Assembly (NCBI GenBank): GCA_963783885.1
Contig: CAWAPJ010000015.1
Location: 1 to 15,297 of the forward strand
Length of the DNA stretch: 15,297 nt
Source of the DNA: Waddliaceae bacterium
GTDB lineage: Bacteria > Chlamydiota > Chlamydiia > Chlamydiales > SLFE01
Reading direction: 5' to 3'
In this document: positions 8,048-15,297 of the stretch, in pieces
Layout of the letters: each line of letters starts with the position of its first letter
Numbering within the stretch: the first letter of the stretch is position 1
Program-made: the position numbers and the translations under genes
Notes under the pieces: model-generated
Database searches by the model: none
What the model saw: the letters and a program-made list of their open reading frames with translations, nothing else
What the model was told of the DNA's origin: nothing

Positions 8048-9607
8048 ATGGCTACAGTCTTGTCAAAAACTAAGCCCTTTGAAAATCCATTGGATGAGCC
8101 GATCCAAAACGTCAAGCGCGCCGAACCTTGCATTCTCGTGATTTTCGGAGCGACAGGCGACCTGACTGCCAGAAAGCTTGTTCCCGCACTCTACAACATG
8201 GCCCGCGAGGGACAGCTTCCTGCGCACTTTGCCTGCGTCGGATTTGCAAGGCGGGATAAAAGCCACGACGACTTCCGCCAAGATATGCTTGAGGGGATCA
8301 ACAAATATTCCCGGGTCAAACCTGTCGATCAGGAGATCTGGAAAGAATTCAGCCAATGCCTTTTTTATCACCGGTCGAACTTCAATGAAGACGAAGGTTA
8401 CGACTCTCTGGACGAATTTTTAACAAAGCTCGACCAGCAATTCGGCACTAAAGGAAACCGCGTTTACTACCTCTCGACGCAGCCGACATTTTTCACAACC
8501 ATTGCGGAAAAGCTTCATCAGCACAACTTAATCTACCATCCCGAAGAACCTAAAAAGTGGTCTCGGGTCATTATCGAAAAACCCTTTGGCCGCAATCTCG
8601 ATTCGGCGATCCAGCTTCAAAATGATGTCGAAAACTGCATGGACGAGAGCCAGATTTACCGTATCGACCACTATCTGGGTAAAGAGACTGTACAAAACCT
8701 GATGGTTTTTAGGTTCAGCAATTCCATTTTCGAAGATCTATGGAACAACCACCACATCAACCACGTGCAAATGACAGTTGCCGAAGATATCGGCATCGGA
8801 ACAAGAGGGAAGCTGTGGGAGGAGTCGGGCAGCCTTCGGGACATTGTCCAAAACCATATGATGCAGGTGTTGTCCCTTGCCACAATGGAGCCGCCTAACA
8901 GTTTTGACTCAACAGCAATCCACGATGAAAAAGTCAAAGTTTTAGAAGCGATCAGAACAATTCCTCAGGATAAATTTCACGAATTTGTCGTCCGTGGCCA
9001 ATACGGTCCCGGCTATATCGAAGGCCAGCTTGTCAACGGATATCGTGAAGAAAATAATGTCTCTCCCGAATCCAATGTCGAGACTTATGCAGCGCTTAAG
9101 CTCTATATCGACAATTGGAGATGGGCCGGGGTCCCCTTTTATTTAAGAACCGGCAAGCATCTTCCGAAAAAAGTGACTGATATCTCTGTTGTATTCAAAC
9201 AGGCGCCGGGAGCCCTCTTCGACGAATTGGAATCGAGGCATCAGCCGAACATTCTCTCCATCAGGATTCAGCCGGACGAGGGGATCTCTTTAAAAATGAA
9301 TTGCAAAGTACCGGGCATGACAACGCCGCTTCAACCTGTTAAAATGAATTTCCGCTACGGCGAATATTTCGGACTGGAGCCCCCAGAAGCCTATGAAAGA
9401 CTCATTACCGACTGCATGGCAGGAGACCGCACGCTTTTTGCCCGCTGGGATGAGGTTAAAGCTTCCTGGAACCTTCTCAGCCCGGTCCTGGACCGCTGGA
9501 ATGAAGAAAAACCGAAAGATTTTCCTAATTATCCCGCAGGCTCGTGGGGACCTGAAGAGGCGGCTAGGCTGATTGAATCCGATGGAAGAAAATGGTGCTT
9601 GCTATGA
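8048..9607 (+). CDS. zwf: Glucose-6-phosphate 1-dehydrogenase
   Basis: IFGATGDL, IEKPFG, RIDHYLGKE, RDIVQNH, WAGVPFYLRTGK and YPAGSWGP motifs. Confidence 0.98.
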   Translation: MATVLSKTKPFENPLDEPIQNVKRAEPCILVIFGATGDLTARKLVPALYNMAREGQLPAHFACVGFARRDKSHDDFRQDMLEGINKYSRVKPVDQEIWKEFSQCLFYHRSNFNEDEGYDSLDEFLTKLDQQFGTKGNRVYYLSTQPTFFTTIAEKLHQHNLIYHPEEPKKWSRVIIEKPFGRNLDSAIQLQNDVENCMDESQIYRIDHYLGKETVQNLMVFRFSNSIFEDLWNNHHINHVQMTVAEDIGIGTRGKLWEESGSLRDIVQNHMMQVLSLATMEPPNSFDSTAIHDEKVKVLEAIRTIPQDKFHEFVVRGQYGPGYIEGQLVNGYREENNVSPESNVETYAALKLYIDNWRWAGVPFYLRTGKHLPKKVTDISVVFKQAPGALFDELESRHQPNILSIRIQPDEGISLKMNCKVPGMTTPLQPVKMNFRYGEYFGLEPPEAYERLITDCMAGDRTLFARWDEVKASWNLLSPVLDRWNEEKPKDFPNYPAGSWGPEEAARLIESDGRKWCLL

Positions 9608-10653
9608 AGACGGCAACTATGCAGAAAAATGAAGCAAAAACAGAAGATACGGAAAAAAAGGACTTGTTCAAACAAAAAGCCAGCCTTTTCAATTTTATCA
9701 TATACACCCATGAAGAAAAACGCGTTGCCTACTACAGAGAAATTGTCGATACCGTCATCAAAAAATTTCCCTGCCGCATTATCTTTGTCAAAGGAAACAC
9801 TTCCGATGAAAAAGATGAGTTCAAAACCGAAATTACTTTAAAAACAGCCGGACCGATTGCCTGTGATCATATCGAAATTCACGCTGGAGGAACCCATCTT
9901 CTTCAGGTTCCCTTTTATATTCTTCCCCATCTTGAGCCCGACCTGCCGATTTATTTGCTCTGGGGACAGGATCCCACATCCGAAAGCGAAGTCCTTCCAC
10001 AGCTTGTCAAGTTTGCCGACAGATTGATTTTTGACTCGGAATGCACCGATAAAATTCAAAAATTCAGCGGAAAAATTCTCAGCAGCCTCAAATCCTTCTC
10101 TTGCCAGGTGCTCGATATGAACTGGGCCAGGCTTGCAGGCTGGCGCCATGTAATTGCAAGCGCCATGGACTCGCCCGAACGAATCGATCAGCTCACCCAT
10201 GCCAACGAAGTCACTATCGTCTACAACAGCCATACAACCGATGCCTTCTCACACACGGAAACCCAAGCTGATTATCTCCAGGCCTGGCTGGCAACACGTC
10301 TTGGATGGAAGTACAGCTCCAGCAGCCATGATGGGAATTCCACTCTGCTCGACTACAGCGGAATCCGCATCCGCCTGACGCCGCAAAAAGCTTCGGCTTT
10401 CACACCGGGTTCCATAATAAGCTTTATCGTCAGCACAGAAGACGCGCATCAATTCAACATCGAAAGGCACGAAGACAATCTTCGCCAGGTAGTTGTCAAT
10501 ATTTCCTCAAAAGAAAAATGCTGGCTTCCGATCACCATGCCCATACTTACCCATACAAAAGGACCATCTTTTATTCGAGAGCTGCTTTACGCTCACCCAA
10601 GCTATCACTACAATGAAATGCTCGAAATTATCTCAAATGAAAATCTATCGTGA
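9604..10653 (+). CDS. opcA: Glucose-6-phosphate dehydrogenase assembly protein OpcA family
   Basis: Lies between zwf and pgl with an ATGA overlap on the zwf stop. Motifs FPCRII, PDLPIYLLW, DRLIFDS, DMNWARLAGWR and YLQAWLATRLGW. Confidence 0.85.
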   Translation: MKTATMQKNEAKTEDTEKKDLFKQKASLFNFIIYTHEEKRVAYYREIVDTVIKKFPCRIIFVKGNTSDEKDEFKTEITLKTAGPIACDHIEIHAGGTHLLQVPFYILPHLEPDLPIYLLWGQDPTSESEVLPQLVKFADRLIFDSECTDKIQKFSGKILSSLKSFSCQVLDMNWARLAGWRHVIASAMDSPERIDQLTHANEVTIVYNSHTTDAFSHTETQADYLQAWLATRLGWKYSSSSHDGNSTLLDYSGIRIRLTPQKASAFTPGSIISFIVSTEDAHQFNIERHEDNLRQVVVNISSKEKCWLPITMPILTHTKGPSFIRELLYAHPSYHYNEMLEIISNENLS

Positions 10654-10662
10654 GGTCATCTT

Positions 10663-11424
10663 ATGAAAACCGATCTTTCCTGGAAAACAAAAATCAAATC
10701 TGTCGACTCAAGAAGGGAAATCGCCATTCTTCCGGATCAGGATGAAACGGTCCGCTTCTCAGTAAAACATTTCCTCTCTCTTGCCGCTAAAGCGATCAAT
10801 GACCACGGATTTTTCTATGTCGCGCTTTCCGGCGGCAGCACCCCGAAAGTGATTTTTCAGCAGCTTGCGAAGCCTGAATACAAGCATGAAATCGACTGGA
10901 GCAAAGTGATGCTCTTCTGGAGCGATGAGAGGACGGTTCCCCCAACGGATCTAGACAGCAACTACCGCATGGCCATGGACGCGGGCTTTTCCACCCTTCC
11001 CGTACTGCCGGAACACATATTCCGCTTTAAAGGAGAAATCGACCCAGCCAAAGCAGCCGAAGACTACAACAGAATCATTCAGGAGACCGTTCCCGACCGG
11101 CAATTCGATCTCGTCATGCTCGGCATGGGTCCCGACGGCCATACCGCATCCCTTTTTCCCGGCACATCCGGACTTGAAATCAAGGATCAATTGGCAATAG
11201 CCAATTACGTCCCTCAAAAAGACTCCTGGCGTCTTTCATTCACCTTCAGCCTCATCAATAGAGCCAAAAATATTGCTTTCTACGCTATGGGCGAGGGAAA
11301 AGCTGAAATGCTTGGACGGGTTCTCGGAAAAAACGAAAATCCCCCGCTTCCCGCCCAACGAGTCGGCACTCCCGAACACAAAGCCCTTTGGATAGTCGAC
11401 GCCCCCGCAGCTAAAAAGTTATAA
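10663..11424 (+). CDS. pgl: 6-phosphogluconolactonase
   Basis: VALSGGSTP, FWSDERTVPP, SNY and FDLVMLGMGPDGHTASLFP motifs. GAGGT SD upstream. Confidence 0.96.
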   Translation: MKTDLSWKTKIKSVDSRREIAILPDQDETVRFSVKHFLSLAAKAINDHGFFYVALSGGSTPKVIFQQLAKPEYKHEIDWSKVMLFWSDERTVPPTDLDSNYRMAMDAGFSTLPVLPEHIFRFKGEIDPAKAAEDYNRIIQETVPDRQFDLVMLGMGPDGHTASLFPGTSGLEIKDQLAIANYVPQKDSWRLSFTFSLINRAKNIAFYAMGEGKAEMLGRVLGKNENPPLPAQRVGTPEHKALWIVDAPAAKKL

Positions 11425-11871
11425 CAATCCTTCAATTTTGTTCCATAATATGAAAATGAGCGCGATGACGGCCAGGACATCTTGCGATTTGAATTGAACC
11501 AACCATTCACGCCTCTGACCTGTTGTTTCACGATAGGCCAAAGATAGAGCATAGGACGCTGCCAGAAAGTTGAAAAACCATTTTATAGCCCTGTGTGCAG
11601 CATCAGACGTTCTTTTCTTTTGTGTTGCCAGCCGCCCTTTTTTCAGCCGGTTAAAATCGATATATGAACTTTTCCATTGAGAATTCACATCTGAGGGCAA
11701 TATAGCCTTTACAACCGACTTCCAAAGATAATCACAGCAAGAGACATCCTTCCAACTCTTACTGACAAGAGATGCTATTAAAAGATCCTTTGGCTTCAGA
11801 AAAGAAAAAATATGAATCTTAGTTTCAGCAGGAAGGTCATCGAATATAATGGAATCAGTTGTTTTTAACAT
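11419..11871 (-). CDS. F-box protein with C-terminal hydrophobic (putative transmembrane) segments
   Basis: Residues ~10-51 FDDLPAETKIHIFSFLKPKDLLIASLVSKSWKDVSCCDYLWK match the F-box consensus, followed by WKxxY. The C-terminus has WFFNFLAASYALSLAY and VLAVIALIFILW. Confidence 0.85.
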   Translation of the reverse strand: MLKTTDSIIFDDLPAETKIHIFSFLKPKDLLIASLVSKSWKDVSCCDYLWKSVVKAILPSDVNSQWKSSYIDFNRLKKGRLATQKKRTSDAAHRAIKWFFNFLAASYALSLAYRETTGQRREWLVQFKSQDVLAVIALIFILWNKIEGLL

Positions 11872-12913
11872 CGTCGATAGCTTTTATTATATTATCTCCG
11901 GTAATACTGCTGCCTGTGAGTTTTTTTGCTTTGAGCTTTTTGCGGTTTGCGACAACAATAGTCGGAGTTTGATTCACCTTAAATGTTTTCACGATTCCCT
12001 CCTGAAATTTGATCCCCTCATTGATGTCGGAGAAATTGAGAGGGGTGTAGCTCACTCCGTATATTTCTATAGCTTTATTGACATCGGCTGTGGAAGGAGT
12101 TTTTGTTTTCTTGGACAGCCGGTGCAAAGCTTTGCGAATTTTAAAATAATCGTCTTTGTTTTTTATCATAAAAGCAAGATTATAGGGAACATAGTTCATG
12201 GTTTCCGAATGAATTGGATAGTCGATAAAAAAGAGACGCGCTTTGGCCATAATGCGGTGGTAATAAGGAGAAATTTTGGGCTCTTGTCGACGACAGGCCG
12301 GACAAAACCAGTCAGTGATCACATAAACCTCGACAGGGCTGCCGGCATTGCCGAAGTAGGGAACCTCATCATTGCCAAGTCCGTCGGCAAATGTTTTTTC
12401 GGGCTTGAAAACCCCCGCGAAAGCCATGGTGTAAGCAACCAGCATTGTCACAATGATTCCTGTAGTTTTGACGAAACCTTTCATAACTTTTCCCCATGTA
12501 ACGGATTGATTTAAAAAGAAAGCCCAATAAAAAAATTTTGTTAAATAAAGTAATGCTAAAACACCAATAACGGCGGCGATTGTCAAACAAAGCGGGCACC
12601 ACTGGCCGATTACATATTTTTGGATCAGAATAAAGTTGATTTCCGAACCTATCGCTGCAGCAAGCATCAGTCCAACAATATAACCCAGCCAGGTGAATTT
12701 AAGAGACAACACATGAAGCAATCCCGCTCCGATAAAAAAAACGAATCCCAAAAGTTCAAAATCGAAACCAAAGTATTTATAAAGGTGCGCCTCACCGCAA
12801 GCCGTTGTGCAGACATTCATCCAGGAAAGCGTTGTAATGGCCAGCCCGACGATAAACACCAGTATGATCCATATATTGAGAACTTTATACGCAGTAGGCG
12901 GTCGAGAATTCAT
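11855..12913 (-). CDS. VKOR-like membrane domain fused to a DsbA-family thioredoxin-fold domain
   Basis: N-terminal 4 TM segments with loop CTTAC and IQKYVIGQWCPLC, then a 5th hydrophobic segment. C-terminal domain has FGNAGSPVEVYVITDWFCPAC and the cis-Pro loop VNQTPT. GAGG SD upstream. Confidence 0.8.
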   Translation of the reverse strand: MNSRPPTAYKVLNIWIILVFIVGLAITTLSWMNVCTTACGEAHLYKYFGFDFELLGFVFFIGAGLLHVLSLKFTWLGYIVGLMLAAAIGSEINFILIQKYVIGQWCPLCLTIAAVIGVLALLYLTKFFYWAFFLNQSVTWGKVMKGFVKTTGIIVTMLVAYTMAFAGVFKPEKTFADGLGNDEVPYFGNAGSPVEVYVITDWFCPACRRQEPKISPYYHRIMAKARLFFIDYPIHSETMNYVPYNLAFMIKNKDDYFKIRKALHRLSKKTKTPSTADVNKAIEIYGVSYTPLNFSDINEGIKFQEGIVKTFKVNQTPTIVVANRKKLKAKKLTGSSITGDNIIKAIDDVKNN

Positions 12914-12946
12914 GCTTTAACCTCTTGGTAACCATAAAATAGCTAT

Positions 12947-13630
12947 TCAGCTATTTTTTGCAAAGCGGGTTAAAAAGCCGTCCTTGAGGAGATACTGCCG
13001 ATCGCAAAGATTTGCAAGTTCCTCATTGTGAGTGACAATTATGAGAGATTTTCCCTGTTTCTCAGAAAGTTCCATTAAAAGCGCATGAATGGTTTCCGCA
13101 GTGGCGTGATCGAGATTTCCGGTCGGTTCATCAGCAAGAATGATATCGGGATTGTTGCAAAGCGCCCGCGCTATGGCAACCCTCTGTTTCTCCCCCCCGG
13201 AAAGCTGCTTGGCAATTTGATGTGTGTGATCTTTAAGTCCTACAAAGTCAATGAGCTCTTTAGCGCGTACATAATGTTTTGATCCCTTGCTAACAGAAAG
13301 TCGGGCTATCCTCGCAGGCATTATAACATTTTGCAGGACAGTGAAATCCTCCAGAAGATGAAAGGACTGGAAGATAAACCCGATGGATCGGGATCGAATT
13401 TGACTCAGCGAGGAAGAGGATACAATTTGGTCCTTGATCGCGAGGGTCCCCTTATCTGCATTGTCAAGAGTCCCCAAAATCTGAAGAAGCGTGCTCTTTC
13501 CCTCGCCGGAACGTCCCATAATGGCAATCGATTCTCCCGGTTCGACGCTGATATTCACTCCCTTTAGGATCTCGAGCGGCTTCGGTCCTTTAAAGGTTTT
13601 CCCTATGTCTTTTGCTTCTAAAATCGCCAT
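12947..13630 (-). CDS. lolD: LolD-like ABC transporter ATP-binding protein
   Basis: Walker A GRSGEGKST, IGFIFQSFHLL, LSGGEKQRVAIARAL, LADEPTGNLD and IVTHN. TAATG coupling to the upstream permease. Confidence 0.88.
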   Translation of the reverse strand: MAILEAKDIGKTFKGPKPLEILKGVNISVEPGESIAIMGRSGEGKSTLLQILGTLDNADKGTLAIKDQIVSSSSLSQIRSRSIGFIFQSFHLLEDFTVLQNVIMPARIARLSVSKGSKHYVRAKELIDFVGLKDHTHQIAKQLSGGEKQRVAIARALCNNPDIILADEPTGNLDHATAETIHALLMELSEKQGKSLIIVTHNEELANLCDRQYLLKDGFLTRFAKNS

Positions 13631-15297
13631 TATTCAGACCTCAGAATTGCCGAAGGCTTCATCAGACTGGCTTTTATGGCCGGGATGATGCCCGAGATTA
13701 ACGAAATCAGAATCGTCGCGAGCAAGACAAAACTTAACGCTTCGCCGCTGATATGATTCGGAATGACATCGCCGAAAAAGTGCGAATTGAACAGCTCGTG
13801 TCCCTGGAGATGACTGATCAAGTTGATAAGAATATGAATGTTTTTTAAAGTCAGCGCCGCAAGAGCGATACCGATCACACTGCCGAGAAAGCCCATCACC
13901 ATCCCGCACAAACCGAAGATCGCCGCAATGCTTTTTGACGACGCTCCCATAGACCGCAAGATGCCGATTTCCATTTTTTTATCATTCACAAGAATGATGA
14001 GCATGCTGACGATATTTGAACAGGCGACGATGATGATAACTATCGAAATCAGGCTGAACAGATTCTTTTCGCTTCTGAGCTGCTGCAAAAGATCTTTGGT
14101 ATAAAGATACTCCCTAAACGTTTCAACTTTCCAATATTGGCCGATTCCCGCTTTCTCCAAAGCGCTCTGCAAAGCCGCCTTCATATCGTCGGCCTTTCCC
14201 GAATCGGGAAACCGCACATTGATTCCCGTGTCCATGCCTCCCCGGCTCAGGTCAAAGGCGGAGCTGACCATTGAAACGGTTTCCGGCCTGGCCCAGACGA
14301 GTTTGCCTCCTATGGGGATAACGCCCTGGTCATAAAACCCGGCGACATAAACGGGTATCTGCTGCTCTTGCATTGACGAAGTTGTCGGCGAATAGTAGGA
14401 CAGATGCCCCCGATCTCCCGCCAGCACTCCGCCTTCGCGAAAATTTTTCGGCAGCAGTATGCCGTCGGCGCTCTCGTCGCACGGCAAAACCATCCGGCCT
14501 CCGCTCTCATGCGACCAGCAAATTCCATCCCCCGGCGAAGGCGAGATATCGGCTTTTGCGATCTTCAGTCCTTTGTAAGGCACCTCGCCCTGAAAAACGG
14601 CGTGCTGAAGATCAAGTTTTACCCTGAAACGCAAATCCCCGCTGTTTTCCGCTCGGACAAGAGTCTTTTCATCCAGCTCGGCAGGGATTTCCAGCGCCCC
14701 CGTAACATACAAAGGAGCTGTTTTAACCGGAATCTCCTTTCCGTCTACAACAAGGAGTGGCTGTCGATGCTTGAACTTAAGAGGCGCTCTGATAATTTCC
14801 AGCCCTTCGCCGCCTTCTATCCCTGCGGCCTGCGGGGCAGCGAACATTTGATAGACGCGCCCTTGCCGCAAAATGGCCGCCACATCCAAAGTGCCTTCCT
14901 CAGGATATAGGTGAAGAGGAACGCGCCAACCGGGCAAAGGCTTAAGATGGGTCACTTTGGCATTTTGCAGTATGCCGCGGGCTTTTTCTCGAAATTTTTT
15001 TGGAGATGCTCCCTCTGTCCGGCTGAGCATTTCCAATATATTAGACAGATCGTCGCCGTCGACAACCTGAAGGGTCTTTTTGAGATCACCGTTTTCGGGA
15101 TCGAAAGAGCCCAGATAAGCCGATTGATTCATACTGGTCCGCAGGCCGCCATCCCGCACTAGAGTCAGCCGCAAGTTCCCCATGGATGTTTCATATGGAG
15201 AAACCGAAAGACCGGCAACCCCCAAGCCATTTGCGGCATCGGCGGCTAATTTAACGAGATCTTTCAGATTTCCTTCCGAATCGTGATCGGGCAAAGC
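13630..15297 (-). CDS. LolC/E (FtsX-like) ABC permease, 5'-truncated by the window edge
   Basis: C-terminal IIIVACSNIVSMLIILVNDKKMEIGILRSMGAS ... IPAIKASLMKPSAILRSE. The frame stays open to the window edge and the gene is adjacent to lolD. Confidence 0.88.
   Translation of the reverse strand, partial: ALPDHDSEGNLKDLVKLAADAANGLGVAGLSVSPYETSMGNLRLTLVRDGGLRTSMNQSAYLGSFDPENGDLKKTLQVVDGDDLSNILEMLSRTEGASPKKFREKARGILQNAKVTHLKPLPGWRVPLHLYPEEGTLDVAAILRQGRVYQMFAAPQAAGIEGGEGLEIIRAPLKFKHRQPLLVVDGKEIPVKTAPLYVTGALEIPAELDEKTLVRAENSGDLRFRVKLDLQHAVFQGEVPYKGLKIAKADISPSPGDGICWSHESGGRMVLPCDESADGILLPKNFREGGVLAGDRGHLSYYSPTTSSMQEQQIPVYVAGFYDQGVIPIGGKLVWARPETVSMVSSAFDLSRGGMDTGINVRFPDSGKADDMKAALQSALEKAGIGQYWKVETFREYLYTKDLLQQLRSEKNLFSLISIVIIIVACSNIVSMLIILVNDKKMEIGILRSMGASSKSIAAIFGLCGMVMGFLGSVIGIALAALTLKNIHILINLISHLQGHELFNSHFFGDVIPNHISGEALSFVLLATILISLISGIIPAIKASLMKPSAILRSE

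Noticed and set aside
11849..12514. 221-aa plus-strand ORF
   Set aside because: Fully antisense to the motif-bearing VKOR-DsbA gene, with no recognisable domain or SD; shadow ORF.
14310..15162. Several short ORFs of 72-168 aa on both strands
   Set aside because: Expected in a GC-rich, stop-poor stretch inside the lolC/E gene; no motifs.
1..15297. CRISPR arrays, tRNA/rRNA, IS elements, tandem repeats
   Set aside because: None seen by eye. All intergenic gaps are under 90 bp and no transposase, integrase or Cas-like ORF is present.

Overview
Gene-dense bacterial window. The mix of a eukaryotic-like F-box gene, a single oversized LolC/E permease next to lolD, zwf-opcA-pgl and a short GGQ release-factor-like gene suggests an environmental Chlamydiota or similar host-associated bacterium; this is inference and cannot be confirmed from the window alone. 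From left to right: an orphan GNAT/Fem-like protein and an HdeD-family membrane protein (+); a complete four-step histidine utilisation operon with a pterin-4a-carbinolamine dehydratase gene inserted (hutH-PCD-hutU-hutI-hutG, -); a GGQ peptidyl-tRNA hydrolase (-); the oxidative pentose-phosphate operon zwf-opcA-pgl (+); and a minus-strand envelope operon with partial lolC/E, lolD, a VKOR-DsbA fusion and a membrane-anchored F-box protein. I saw no RNA genes, CRISPR arrays, IS elements or long repeats. The best leads are the F-box protein with two hydrophobic segments, the PCD gene coupled into the hut operon, a HutC-operator-like site with no regulator in the window, and the VKOR-DsbA fusion with a possible internal start and signal peptide.
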